A stretch of DNA of 64,000 bases, taken from Acidobacteriota bacterium (GTDB lineage: Bacteria > Acidobacteriota > Thermoanaerobaculia > Multivoradales > Multivoraceae). This document shows, piece by piece, positions 18,992 through 28,986 of the stretch (positions are counted from its first letter, which is position 1; every line of letters begins with the position of its first letter). Below the pieces are notes generated by a model, which worked only from the letters and a program-made list of their open reading frames with translations, searched no databases and was not told where the DNA came from. The stretch is from the NCBI GenBank assembly GCA_011525365.1, contig WTGQ01000002.1, forward strand, positions 2,524,773 to 2,588,772, written 5' to 3'. The position numbers and the translations under genes are program-made.

Positions 18992-21229
18992 CTACTCCAG
19001 GTGCCAGCCGTGGCTGCCCTGGAGCAGCGCCCGCTGGGAGTCGAACGGCTCGCTGCCGGCCCCCGGCTCGACTCGCGTGTAGCTGCCGTCCGGCTCCAGA
19101 CGCCGGCAGTTCGCCGTGTCGACCAGGTGCGGCGCCAGGATGTCCCGGAGCGCCGCCTGCCGCAGGTCCGGATCCAGGATCGGACACAGCAGTTCGACCC
19201 GGCCGTTCAGGTTGCGAGGCATCAGGTCGGCGCTGCCGGTGAACAGCTCCTCGTCGCCGCCGTTCCGGAAGTAGTACAGCCGCGAGTGCTCGAGGAACCG
19301 GCCGACGATCGAGGTCACCGAGATGTTCTCGGACAGACCAGGCACGCCCGGACGCAGACAGCAGATCCCACGCACCTGCAGCAGCACGTCGACGCCGGCC
19401 TGGGAGGCGCGGTACAGCGCGTCGATGCACTCGCGGTCGACCAGCGAGTTCATCTTGAAGATCAGGCGTCCGTCACCGCGCAGCCGGTGGCCCTCGATCT
19501 CCCGGTCGATTCGCCGGACGAGTTCACGGCGCATCTGGTGCGGCGCGACCAGGAGGCGACTGTAGCGCTCCTCACGGGCGTATCCGGTGATCGCGTTGAA
19601 CAGTTTGGCCACGTCCGAAGTGATCTCGGCGTCATCCGTCAGCAGTCCGATGTCCGTATAGATGCGGGCGGTCACCGGGTTGTAGTTGCCGGTCGCGAGG
19701 TGCGCGTAGGAGTGCAGCTTGCCCGCCTCCCGACGCACCACGAGGCACATCTTGGCGTGGGTCTTGAGCCCCATCACGCCGTACACGACATGAACGCCGG
19801 CGGCTTCCAGCGCCCGCGCCCAGCCGATGTTGTACTCCTCGTCGAAGCGCGCCTTCAACTCGACCAGGACCGAGACCTGTTTGCCCTTCTCCCGCGCCTC
19901 CATCAGGGCCTCGACGACGGGTGAGTTCGCTCCAACACGGTAGAGGGTCTGCTTGATCGCGATCACGTCCGGATCGGCCGCCGCCTCCTGCAGCAGCCGA
20001 ACGACCGGGGAGAAGCTGTCGTACGGGTGATAGAGGAGGTGATCGCGCCGCCGGATCGCCTCGAAGAGGGACTCGTCGCTCCTGAGCGCGGCATGGCGCA
20101 CGGGGCGGATGGTGCTGTCACGGAGTTCGGGCAGATCGAGGAACGCGATCTCGCTCAGGTCGGCCAGGCCGAGCGGCGACGGCAACGTGTCCACCTGGAA
20201 TCGTGCCAAACCCATGTTCCGCTCCAGAATCGCCCGGATGCGCTTCGGCATGTCCTCGCGTACCTCCAGGCGCACGACGGAGCCGAAGTGCCTCTGCCCG
20301 ACGACCTCGACGATCGCCGTCAGCAGATCGCCCGCCTCGTCCTCCTCCACCTCCAGGTCGGCGTCCCGCGTGACCCGGAAAGGGTAGGCGGCCGCGACCT
20401 CGAAGCCAGGGAACAGCAGGTCGAGATTGGCCGCGATCAGCTCCTCGATCCACACGAACCTGCCCCGCCCCGACTCCAGGCCCAGCTCGTCGCGGCTGCT
20501 GCCTGGCGCCCGCACCAGACGCGGCAGTACCTGCGGCACCTTGACGCGGGCGAAGCGCTCACCGTGACTGCCGTCGTCGATGACCACCGCCAGATTCAGG
20601 CTCAGGTTCGAGACGTGAGGAAACGGATGGCTCGGGTCGAATGCCAGCGGCGTCAAAACGGGGAAGATGTCGCGCTTGAAGTACGACCGCAGCTTGCGCT
20701 TCTTCTTGTCCGAAAGGGAGTCGTACGAGACGATCTTGATCCCCGCTTCGTTCAGTTTGGGCAGCAGGTCGTCATGCCAGCAGCCGTAGACCAGCCGGCG
20801 TTCGCGCTCGAGATGGGAGCGGATGCCGGCCAACTGCTCGGACGGCGTCATTCCGTCCGGCGGCGCTTCCAGCGCGCCGCGTTCGAGTTGCCGCACCAGA
20901 CCCGCGACGCGAACCATGAAGAACTCGTCCAGGTTGCTGCCGTAGATCGAGAGGAACTTGACCCGCTCGAGCAGCGGATGCCGGGAATCGCGAGCCTCTT
21001 CGAGCACCCGGCTGTTGAAGCGCAGCCAACTCAGCTCCCGGTTGATGTAGTGCTCGGCGAGACCCGGCACGATGGCCGGCGTCCGCCGTTTCGCGGGCGG
21101 ATCCGCTTCTGCATCCAATGGTTCGGCCACCTCCAATGGTTCGGCCGGCACCGTCGCCGTCGACGGCTCGATCAGGTCTTCAGCGGACGCAGCCTCTGGA
21201 TTCATCGAAGTAACAGCCGGGGTCGCCAC
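18992..21229 (-). CDS. ppk: polyphosphate kinase 1
   Basis: PPK1 N-domain ELSWLRFNSRVLEEA...LSIYGSNLDEFFMVRV. PLD-like HKD-type C-domains. About 700 aa. The true start may be an internal Met. Confidence 0.9.
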   Translation of the reverse strand: MATPAVTSMNPEAASAEDLIEPSTATVPAEPLEVAEPLDAEADPPAKRRTPAIVPGLAEHYINRELSWLRFNSRVLEEARDSRHPLLERVKFLSIYGSNLDEFFMVRVAGLVRQLERGALEAPPDGMTPSEQLAGIRSHLERERRLVYGCWHDDLLPKLNEAGIKIVSYDSLSDKKKRKLRSYFKRDIFPVLTPLAFDPSHPFPHVSNLSLNLAVVIDDGSHGERFARVKVPQVLPRLVRAPGSSRDELGLESGRGRFVWIEELIAANLDLLFPGFEVAAAYPFRVTRDADLEVEEDEAGDLLTAIVEVVGQRHFGSVVRLEVREDMPKRIRAILERNMGLARFQVDTLPSPLGLADLSEIAFLDLPELRDSTIRPVRHAALRSDESLFEAIRRRDHLLYHPYDSFSPVVRLLQEAAADPDVIAIKQTLYRVGANSPVVEALMEAREKGKQVSVLVELKARFDEEYNIGWARALEAAGVHVVYGVMGLKTHAKMCLVVRREAGKLHSYAHLATGNYNPVTARIYTDIGLLTDDAEITSDVAKLFNAITGYAREERYSRLLVAPHQMRRELVRRIDREIEGHRLRGDGRLIFKMNSLVDRECIDALYRASQAGVDVLLQVRGICCLRPGVPGLSENISVTSIVGRFLEHSRLYYFRNGGDEELFTGSADLMPRNLNGRVELLCPILDPDLRQAALRDILAPHLVDTANCRRLEPDGSYTRVEPGAGSEPFDSQRALLQGSHGWHLE

Positions 21230-21269
21230 GGTAACCGTTGATTCTACACCGGTTTCGGGCTTTCCGGTG

Positions 21270-23228
21270 TCACTCCGGAGGGCGGCGCCTGACCACGACG
21301 AAGGTCACGTCGTCCGCGGGAACTCCCTGCGGTGACAGCTCTTCCACCCAGCGCTCGAACTCGGCCACCGCGTCCTCGGCCGAATGCTGGCCGACCTCGC
21401 GCCAGCGCTCGGCTACCGCCGGGTAACCGACCGGCTCGCCGTCCTCCTTCAGCATCTCGGGCAGCCCGTCGCTCATCAGCAAAGCCCCGTCGCCGGGCTC
21501 GAGGCGCACGCGGCGACGCTCGTAGGATGCAGTGGCCAGCGTGCCGAGCGGAACGCCCGAAGTCATGATCTCCTCGACCTCGCCGGAAGGGCAGCGGCTG
21601 ATCAGAACCGGCGGCATCCCCGCCGACGCCAGTTCCAGGCTGCCTTCCCGATACCGTGCCAGCACCAGCGCCATGGACCGCCGGCCCAGGTTCATCGAGC
21701 GGATCGTCGCCGTCGAGCGGGACAGGAAGTCGGCCAGGTCGAGGCCCATGTCCGCCGACGCCAGCAGCGTCTTGACCACGGTCACCATGGTGCCCGCCCG
21801 GGCACCGTGGCCGGTCGCGTCGCCGACCGCGATGGTAAGCGAACCGTCCTGCCGCGGCCGGCTGAAGTCGTAGTAGTCGCCCCCCACCTCCGACGCGGTG
21901 CGCAGGAAAGCGGCAATCTCCAGGTCGGGGTGCTCAGGGAGGGCAGTGGGCAGCAGCGAGAGCTGGAACCTCCGGGCCTCCTCGAGTTCGCTGGTCTGCC
22001 GCTCGTTTTCCGCCTCCAGCAGGCGCCGGTCGACCTCCTGCTGGCGCCGGTACCTTTCCTGTTCGAGCAACTGCTGCCGGCTCTTCTCCTGGTCGCGGGC
22101 CATGCGGTTGAACGCTTCGCCCAGTTTGCCGACCTCATCCCGGCCGCCGAGTCGCGCCCGAGCCGCGGCGTCGCCGCGGGCCAGCCGGTCGACCTGCCTG
22201 GTCAGGTGACTGAGCCTCCGTGTCAAGCGGTTCGAGAGCGGCGCCACCGCCAGCAGCGACAGGCTGAGGATCCCCACGCCGACGCCGAGGTTGCGAAGCG
22301 AGGCGTTCCTCATTTCGGCCAGGGAGGGGCCGATTGGACGCACGATGCCGTAGATCAACTCGCCTCCCGCGGCGGCCTGCGTGGCGACCACCCATTCGCT
22401 CATGCCCTGGCAAAGGTCTTCGTGCCCCGCGGCGAGCGCCTCGAGGAGGGGTTCGTCGCCGGCGCAGTGCACTTCGCCGAGGAGGTCCAGTTCCTCCGGC
22501 TCGGAGGTGAAGATCTCGCCCTCCGCGTCCAGTGCGAACGGCACCGCGCCGCCGCTGCGCGGAATGCGCCGCAGGACGTCTCGCATCAGGTTCTCCGGCC
22601 GGATCGCGGCTTCCAGGTGCGCCACGACGTCGCCGTCCCGATGGACGGGAGTAGAGACGGGACCACCGAAGACCCGCGCGGTCCAGTCCCGGGCCCTGCG
22701 CGCCCACTCGAGGTCCGCCTCGTCGTCCTCCACCTCGCCCCGTTCGACCATGGGTCGTTCACCCGGGCGGCCACCGGTCGGCAGACGTTCCGGACCGCCC
22801 CTTCGTGACCAGAAGACGCGCCGGCCCTCAATGCCCCGGAGCCCCCTTGGACCGGGGCCATCGGGATTCCGGCCCGGCTCGCCACCCGATTCCCGCTCCA
22901 GCGTGACCGCGGGAACGAGTTCGAGCCCATCGACGAAGTCCGCGCCATCGCCCATGGTGCTCCAGAGAAACTCCACGAGGGCCTCCGGGTCGGCGTACTG
23001 GGGATCGTCGAAGGGCAGCATCGTGCCAAGCCTCCGCATGTACCCCTGTACATCGTCCCTGGTGCGGAGGAGGCCAACCGATATCTGCCTCGTGACCTCG
23101 AGAGACTCCGCCTCGACCGCGGCCCGGAATGCCCTTGCCGAGGAAACGTACGTGTAACCGACGATGCCAGCCAGAGGCAGGACCGCCAGCACCAGAAAGG
23201 CAAGGATGAGTTGGCTGCGCAGCTTCAT
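21270..23228 (-). CDS. membrane sensor with HAMP domain and PP2C/SpoIIE-type Ser/Thr phosphatase domain
   Basis: N-terminal transmembrane helix, periplasmic segment, second transmembrane helix, HAMP domain, coiled coil, then PP2C motifs GDYYDF and VGDATGHGARAG. Confidence 0.8.
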   Translation of the reverse strand: MKLRSQLILAFLVLAVLPLAGIVGYTYVSSARAFRAAVEAESLEVTRQISVGLLRTRDDVQGYMRRLGTMLPFDDPQYADPEALVEFLWSTMGDGADFVDGLELVPAVTLERESGGEPGRNPDGPGPRGLRGIEGRRVFWSRRGGPERLPTGGRPGERPMVERGEVEDDEADLEWARRARDWTARVFGGPVSTPVHRDGDVVAHLEAAIRPENLMRDVLRRIPRSGGAVPFALDAEGEIFTSEPEELDLLGEVHCAGDEPLLEALAAGHEDLCQGMSEWVVATQAAAGGELIYGIVRPIGPSLAEMRNASLRNLGVGVGILSLSLLAVAPLSNRLTRRLSHLTRQVDRLARGDAAARARLGGRDEVGKLGEAFNRMARDQEKSRQQLLEQERYRRQQEVDRRLLEAENERQTSELEEARRFQLSLLPTALPEHPDLEIAAFLRTASEVGGDYYDFSRPRQDGSLTIAVGDATGHGARAGTMVTVVKTLLASADMGLDLADFLSRSTATIRSMNLGRRSMALVLARYREGSLELASAGMPPVLISRCPSGEVEEIMTSGVPLGTLATASYERRRVRLEPGDGALLMSDGLPEMLKEDGEPVGYPAVAERWREVGQHSAEDAVAEFERWVEELSPQGVPADDVTFVVVRRRPPE

Positions 23229-23230
23229 CG

Positions 23231-24067
23231 TCAGGTTGAACCCGATCCAGTTTCGCCATCTTCCCTCGCGGCCTCGGCCGAGAGGGCCGGCTGCCGCACC
23301 AACCTGCCGTCCTTGCGGCGACCTGAGAGCGAACTGACCACGCCGTGCAGCGCCCGCACCTCGTGTTCCCTGAGTTCGGCGCGGTGAAGGATGCTCCTCA
23401 AGTTGCGAACCATGATGCCACGCTTCTCCGCCACTCGCAGGAAGCCGGAGGCGTCGAGTTCCTGCTCCAGGTGCTCGAACAGGTTCACGAGTTGCGCCGA
23501 CGTCGCCGGCGGCGTCGCCGAAGCCTGTTCGCGGAGCGTCGCGGCGCCGTACTCAGCCTCGAACCAGGCATAGGCGACCAGCAACACGGCCTGGGCCAGA
23601 TTGAGGGACGAGTATCCGGCGTTCAGCGGTATGTGGACGATGTGCGAGGCCAGAGCGACATCGTCGTTGTCGAGACCGGCCCGCTCCGGACCGAATAGCA
23701 CCCCGGATCGCTGTCCCGCCGCGGCGTCGTCCCTGATCTCGCAGGCCAGTTCCCGCGGCCCGATTACCGGCTTGAGCATGTCCCGCCGGCGGGCAGTCGT
23801 CGCGTACACGCGGTGCAGGTCGGCGACCGCCGCCGCGGTGCTCTCGAAGACCCGCGCCCGGTCGATGACGTCGCGCGAGGCGCCGGTCGCCATCGCCTGC
23901 GCCCGGTCGTTCGGCCAACCGTCGCGCGGCGAAACCAGTCGCAGCTCGGTCAGCCCGCAGTTCAGCATCGCCCGCGCCGCGGCGCCGACGTTCTCGCCCA
24001 TCTGAGGGCCGACCAGCACGATCACGGGCGACTGCGAGGACGCCGCGGCGTTGCGCTCCCGAACCAC
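23231..24067 (-). CDS. SpoU/TrmH-family RNA 2'-O-methyltransferase (TrmJ-like)
   Basis: ENVGAAARAM and NLAQAV SPOUT motifs. Lies 3 nt upstream of the phosphatase gene on the same strand. Confidence 0.8.
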   Translation of the reverse strand: MVRERNAAASSQSPVIVLVGPQMGENVGAAARAMLNCGLTELRLVSPRDGWPNDRAQAMATGASRDVIDRARVFESTAAAVADLHRVYATTARRRDMLKPVIGPRELACEIRDDAAAGQRSGVLFGPERAGLDNDDVALASHIVHIPLNAGYSSLNLAQAVLLVAYAWFEAEYGAATLREQASATPPATSAQLVNLFEHLEQELDASGFLRVAEKRGIMVRNLRSILHRAELREHEVRALHGVVSSLSGRRKDGRLVRQPALSAEAAREDGETGSGST

Positions 24068-24086
24068 AGCCCCCTAGGCTACACAG

Positions 24087-26243
24087 GTGACTGGCGCGAG
24101 CCTGGCGGACCGGTTGCCCGAAACCCCGGGCACGTTCTCATCCGACCTCATCCTGGAACGCTTCCTCGAGTGGGTCTCCGGGCTCGGCTTCGAGTTGTTC
24201 CCCGCCCAGGAAGAGGCGCTGGTCGACGTCATGGCGGGCAGGCACGTGGTCCTCGACACGCCGACCGGTTCGGGCAAGTCGCTGGTCGCGATGGCGATGC
24301 TGTGGAAGGGCCTGTGCGAGGGCAGGACGGGCTTCTACACGGCGCCGGTCAAGGCCCTGGCTTCCGAGCAGTTCTTCCGCATGTGCAACGAGTTCGGCGC
24401 CGAACGGGTAGGCATGCTGACCGGCGACGCCGCCATCAACCCGAAGGCGCCGATCGTCTGCTGCACAGCCGAGGTGCTGGCGAACATGGCGCTCCGGCAG
24501 GGCGCGGAGCTTCCCGTCGACTACGTGGTGATGGACGAGTTCCACTTCTACGCGGACCCGGAGCGCGGCGTCTCGTGGCAGGTGCCCCTGATCACGCTTC
24601 CCGACACGACCTTCCTCCTGATGTCGGCGACGCTCGGCAACATGGCGCCGATCAGCGAGGCCCTCGAGCGCGCGACAGGCCGCCCCGTGGCGCTCATCAA
24701 CAGCAGGGATCGGCCGGTACCGCTCGAGTACGAGTACCGGAAGACGCCGCTGCATCTCACGATCGAGGAACTCGCGAGCGCGGGCCGGGCGCCGGTTTAC
24801 GTCGTCAACTTCACCCAGCAGGACTGCGCGCGGCTCGCCCAGAACCTGACCAGCCTGAGACTCTGTTCGCGGGAGGAGAAGAAGGCGATCTTCAGGGAGA
24901 TCGGGGACTTCCGCTTCGACACGGCCTACGGCAAGGAGATGCGGCGCTTCCTCGGCTTCGGCATCGGCGTCCACCACGCCGGGTTGCTGCCGAAGTACCG
25001 GTTGCTTGTCGAGAAGCTCGCCCAGTCGGGGCTGCTCAAGGTGATCGCCGGTACGGACACGCTGGGCGTGGGCGTCAACGTGCCGATCCGCACCGTCCTC
25101 TTCCGCCAGCTCTGCAAGTTCGACGGCGAGAAGGACACGATCCTGAAGGTACGGGACTTCCAGCAGATCGGCGGTCGCGCCGGCCGCAAGGGGTTCGATG
25201 AGCTGGGCTGGGTGGTCTGCCAGGCGCCGGCGCACGAGATCGAGAACCGGCGCAGGAGCCTGAAAGCCAGCGCCTCGCCGCGCGGGAGAGGCCGCAAACC
25301 GGTCCGCAAACGGCCGCCGCCGCGCGGTTTCGTGCCCTGGGACGAACGCACCTTCGAGCGGCTCGTGACCAGCCCCCCCGAGACGCTGGAATCCCGCTTC
25401 CGGCTCCGTCACGGCATGGTGTTCGACCTGATCCAGGCCGACGAGTCGTTTCGCGACTGCGGGCGCCACACGAACTTCGGCTCGCTGCGACGTTTGATCG
25501 CCGCCTGCCACGAAACCACCGCAACCAGGGCCCGTCTGATCGGCCAGTCAGCCGAACTCGTGCGGGCGCTGCACCGCGCCGGCATCCTGCGGATGACAGC
25601 GCGGTCCGGCGGCGGCTACCTCGTCGAGGCCGACCGGGAACTGCAGATCGAGTTCTCGATGCACCAGAACCTGTCGCTCTACCTCGTCTCGACCCTGGAG
25701 CTGCTCGACCGCGACGACCCGGACTACGCCCTGGACCTGCTCAGCCTGGTCGAGGCGATCCTGGAGGATCCCGGGATCGTGCTCCGGCGTCAGGCCGCGA
25801 AGCTTCGGGACGAACTCGCGGCGCGGCTCAAGGCGAAACGGGTGCCGTTCGAGGAACGGAGGGAACGGCTGCGGGAGGTCACCCATCCTCGACCCCTGGT
25901 CGACCTGATCGAACCGACCTTCGATGAGTTCCGGCGTACCCATCCGTGGGTGCGCGGCGACTCGATCCGGCCGAAACGGGTCGGCCGCGAGGTCTACGAG
26001 GACTTCCTGAGCTTCGACGACTTCATCAGACGCTACGACCTGCAGCGGTCCGAGGGCATCGTTCTGCGCTACCTGAGCCGGCTGTTCAAGGTCCTGAGTC
26101 GCGGCGTTCCGGACCGTTTCAAGACGGACGCGGTGTTCGACCAGCTCAGCTACTTCCACGCACTCCTCACGCGCGTCGACAGCAGCCTGCTCAGCGAGTG
26201 GGAACGGCTGTGGTCGCTCGAAGACCAGGCGGGCGGCTCGTAG
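24087..26243 (+). CDS. DEAD/DEAH-box helicase with a long C-terminal extension
   Basis: Walker A DTPTGSGKS, DEFH box, SAT-like MSATLGN, and helicase C-domain with QQIGGRAGRKG. The C-terminal 300 aa resemble the DUF3516-type extensions of actinobacterial helicases. I recall this family from memory and am not certain of it. Confidence 0.7.
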   Translation: MTGASLADRLPETPGTFSSDLILERFLEWVSGLGFELFPAQEEALVDVMAGRHVVLDTPTGSGKSLVAMAMLWKGLCEGRTGFYTAPVKALASEQFFRMCNEFGAERVGMLTGDAAINPKAPIVCCTAEVLANMALRQGAELPVDYVVMDEFHFYADPERGVSWQVPLITLPDTTFLLMSATLGNMAPISEALERATGRPVALINSRDRPVPLEYEYRKTPLHLTIEELASAGRAPVYVVNFTQQDCARLAQNLTSLRLCSREEKKAIFREIGDFRFDTAYGKEMRRFLGFGIGVHHAGLLPKYRLLVEKLAQSGLLKVIAGTDTLGVGVNVPIRTVLFRQLCKFDGEKDTILKVRDFQQIGGRAGRKGFDELGWVVCQAPAHEIENRRRSLKASASPRGRGRKPVRKRPPPRGFVPWDERTFERLVTSPPETLESRFRLRHGMVFDLIQADESFRDCGRHTNFGSLRRLIAACHETTATRARLIGQSAELVRALHRAGILRMTARSGGGYLVEADRELQIEFSMHQNLSLYLVSTLELLDRDDPDYALDLLSLVEAILEDPGIVLRRQAAKLRDELAARLKAKRVPFEERRERLREVTHPRPLVDLIEPTFDEFRRTHPWVRGDSIRPKRVGREVYEDFLSFDDFIRRYDLQRSEGIVLRYLSRLFKVLSRGVPDRFKTDAVFDQLSYFHALLTRVDSSLLSEWERLWSLEDQAGGS

Positions 26244-26246
26244 CGG

Positions 26247-26924
26247 TCACCGCCTCCGCCCAACGCCGAGTTTCGGACACCACTCCTCGACCGGACAGCG
26301 GGAACACCAGGGGCTCACCGGCAGGCACAGCTTCTGGCCGAAGCTGACCAGAGTCTTGTTCAGGCCGATCCACTGGCTGCGCGGCAGCTTCCGGCGCAGA
26401 GCCATCTCCGTCTCGAGCGGAGTCGTAGTGTCCACGTAGCCCCAGAGGTTCGTGATCCGGTGCACGTGGGTGTCGACGCAGATACCGGGGCGGCGAAACC
26501 CCTCGGTGACGACCAGGTTCGCCGTCTTGCGGCCGACACCGGGAAGTTCGACCAGCTCCTCGACCGTCCTGGGCACATCACCGCCGAACCGCTCGCGCAG
26601 CACCGTCATCGCGAGCTTCAGGTTCTTCGCTTTCGTCCGGTAGAAGCCGACCGGAAAGATGAGCCGCTCCAGCTCCTCGAGCGGCAGGCCGCCGATCTCT
26701 TCCGGTGTCGACGCCGCCTCGAACAACCGCCTCGTTGCCCCCGCCGTCGCCTCGTCCTTGGTCCGCGCGCTCAGGATCGTCGACACCAGCACCTTGAAGG
26801 GATCGCGCTCGGTCTCCGCGATCAGCGTCACGATCGGCAACTCCGAGCCTTCCAGACGCCGCCGGATGCGGCGAAGCATCGCCGCCAGGCGGCGATTCGT
26901 CGGCGGCGGCGGCGGCGCGGGCAC
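26247..26924 (-). CDS. nth: endonuclease III
   Basis: HhH-GPD motifs LPGVGRKTANLV, catalytic Lys/Asp, and the [4Fe-4S] cluster CLPVSPWCSRCPVEEWC. The true start may be the internal MLRRI. Confidence 0.9.
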   Translation of the reverse strand: MPAPPPPPTNRRLAAMLRRIRRRLEGSELPIVTLIAETERDPFKVLVSTILSARTKDEATAGATRRLFEAASTPEEIGGLPLEELERLIFPVGFYRTKAKNLKLAMTVLRERFGGDVPRTVEELVELPGVGRKTANLVVTEGFRRPGICVDTHVHRITNLWGYVDTTTPLETEMALRRKLPRSQWIGLNKTLVSFGQKLCLPVSPWCSRCPVEEWCPKLGVGRRR

Positions 26925-26972
26925 GGCGCCCGCGAGAATACCGTCGCTCGTCCCGACTGTTACCTTGGTGCG

Positions 26973-27872
26973 ATGAATGTGGCCTTGAGCGGCGCCTCGG
27001 GACTCATCGGCAGCGCTCTCGCCGACAGTCTGGAGGCCGCGAGTGGTCGTTGCCGCAGGCTCGTGCGCCGCACGCCGTCCAGGCCGGACGAACTCGAGTG
27101 GCGACCCGAACGCGGCCTGGCCGAATCACCGGCCGCCGAGGGCCTCGACGCGCTGATTCACCTAGCGGGGGAGAACGTCGCCGCCGGCCGATGGACCGCC
27201 GCGCGCCGAAGCAGGATCAGCGCCTCGCGCGGCCCCGCGACCCGGCGGCTCGTCGAGTCGCTGAGCCGTCTCGAACAGCCCCCGCGGGTCTTCGTCTGCG
27301 CTTCCGCGGTCGGTTACTACGGCGACCGGGGCGACGAGTTGCTGGACGAGGACTCGACGTCCGGGGCCGGCTTCCTCGCCTCGGTGTGCCGCGAGTGGGA
27401 AGCCGCCGCCCTGACCGCGGGCGCGGTTTGCCGGCGCGTCGTGATCCTCCGGTTCGGGGTCGTGCTCTCGGCGCGTGGCGGCGCCCTGGCCAGAATGCTG
27501 CCGCCCTTCCGGCTGGGCTTGGGCGGCCGGCTCGGATCGGGGCGGCAGTACCTCCCCTGGATCCACATCGACGACGCGGTGACCGCGATCCGCCACGTGA
27601 TGGAGCGCGACATCCGCGGACCCGTGAACCTGGTCGCTCCGGAACAGGTCACGAACGCGCACCTGACCAGGACCATCGCCGCCACGCTGGGGCGTCCGGC
27701 TCTGCTCCCGGTGCCTTCGCCGGCCCTCCGCCTGGCCTTCGGTGAGATGGCTCAGGAGACGCTGCTTGCCAGCGCCCGCGTCCTTCCCGCGGTCCTGCAG
27801 GAGACCGGCTTCTCCTACCGGTGTCCAACCCTGGACGCGGCAATCGATCACGAGCTGTCGCCCGACCCGTAG
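26973..27872 (+). CDS. TIGR01777 (YfcH-like) NAD-dependent epimerase/dehydratase family protein
   Basis: Rossmann N-terminus ALSGASGLIGSAL and the DUF1731-type C-terminus. ATG at 26973. The upstream part of ORF 26460..27872 is antisense to nth. Confidence 0.8.
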   Translation: MNVALSGASGLIGSALADSLEAASGRCRRLVRRTPSRPDELEWRPERGLAESPAAEGLDALIHLAGENVAAGRWTAARRSRISASRGPATRRLVESLSRLEQPPRVFVCASAVGYYGDRGDELLDEDSTSGAGFLASVCREWEAAALTAGAVCRRVVILRFGVVLSARGGALARMLPPFRLGLGGRLGSGRQYLPWIHIDDAVTAIRHVMERDIRGPVNLVAPEQVTNAHLTRTIAATLGRPALLPVPSPALRLAFGEMAQETLLASARVLPAVLQETGFSYRCPTLDAAIDHELSPDP

Positions 27873-27921
27873 AATCCGGGAAGCGAAACGCTACCCGGCG
27901 TTGTTGTAGACCGCTACCACC

Positions 27922-28647
27922 ATGGCCTTCAAGCTCGAGCGACGCGAGACCACCCGGTCGAAGTTCGCACCCGGTTCCCTCCATCTCGGTGGATCGCCAT
28001 ACGAGTTGGAGCCCGAGAACCGGACCCCACTGCGAATCGCGGTCATCGCGACGATCGCCTTCCACGCGCTGCTGTTCGTCATCAGCTTCCCCAGCATGAG
28101 GCCGCGGGCACTCCAGGCCGCACAGTCACCGAAGGCGTTCGTCGTCCAGGCCGTGCGCTTCAAGCCGCCGCCACCCGCCAAGGCGGAGCCCATTCCCCAG
28201 CGAAAGACGAAGAAGATCCCGATTCCCGACCCGACCCCCGACGAGCCCGAGCCGCTGATCCGGGAAGAGCTCCTCGAAGCGCCGCAACTGGAGATCGATG
28301 GCATCGCCGACGTCCTGTTCGACCTTCCAGAAGCCCCCTCCCCCGCCGGACCGCCCGGCACCATGTGGGTCGAAGGCGATGTCCTGCCCCCCAAGAAGAC
28401 CTACGCTCCGCTGCCCAACTACACCGAGGAGGCGCGTCAGGCGCGCATCCAGGGCGTCGTCATCCTGCAGGCCGTCGTCGATACCCTGGGCCAGGTCGGC
28501 TACGTCAAGGTGCTCAAGGGCCTGCCGGAGGGTCTCACCGAGTCCGCCGTCCAGGTCGTTCAGGAGTGGCGCTACGAACCCGCCACCCTGAACGGCGAAC
28601 CGGTCCCGGTCTACATCAACCTGACCGTCAACTTCTCGCTGCAGTAG
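27922..28647 (+). CDS. TonB family protein (C-terminal TonB domain)
   Basis: Pro-rich spacer KPPPPAKAEP followed by the TonB C-domain NYTEEARQARIQGVVILQAVVDTLGQVGYVKVLKG...ESAVQVVQEWRYEPA. Confidence 0.7.
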   Translation: MAFKLERRETTRSKFAPGSLHLGGSPYELEPENRTPLRIAVIATIAFHALLFVISFPSMRPRALQAAQSPKAFVVQAVRFKPPPPAKAEPIPQRKTKKIPIPDPTPDEPEPLIREELLEAPQLEIDGIADVLFDLPEAPSPAGPPGTMWVEGDVLPPKKTYAPLPNYTEEARQARIQGVVILQAVVDTLGQVGYVKVLKGLPEGLTESAVQVVQEWRYEPATLNGEPVPVYINLTVNFSLQ

Positions 28648-28667
28648 GCGACCCGGCGGATAGCCAC

Positions 28668-28846
28668 GCCTGCGCCGAGGCCGGGAGGGAGGGTCCCAGC
28701 GGACGCTCGCGCCCTCTTGGTGGATGAGGAGACCTGGCGCTCGCTTCGGTCGGCTGCGCTCCGCTACGTGGTTGGTTGATGGACGGACATGGGCAGTCGC
28801 TGGCCTCTAGCCCGCTGGGACCCTCCCTCCCGGCCTCGGCGCAGGC
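28668..28846. repeat. 35-bp perfect inverted repeat pair flanking a 109-bp spacer (MITE-like or large hairpin)
   Basis: 28668-28702 GCCTGCGCCGAGGCCGGGAGGGAGGGTCCCAGCGG is the exact reverse complement of 28812-28846. The repeat itself is certain. Its nature is not. Confidence 0.7.
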
Positions 28847-28860
28847 TGGACGATGTCGGC

Positions 28861-28945
28861 GTTGTGTCACACCTATGCACCTCAACACGGTTTGTGTAAC
28901 ACTTCGAGGCCACAAGTGCGACACAAGCCTGTTTGTCGTACACAG
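28861..28945 (+). promoter_or_regulatory. array of four GTGTnACAC-type near-palindromic motifs upstream of the fic gene (operator-like)
   Basis: GTGTCACAC at 28864, GTGTAACAC at 28894, GTGCGACAC at about 28915 and GTCGTACAC at about 28934. Spacings are 30, 21 and 19 bp. The array ends about 40 bp before the fic ATG. Confidence 0.4.
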
Positions 28946-28986
28946 ACGTTCCACAAAGAGCGCGACGCCAGGAGTCAAGAAGCACG

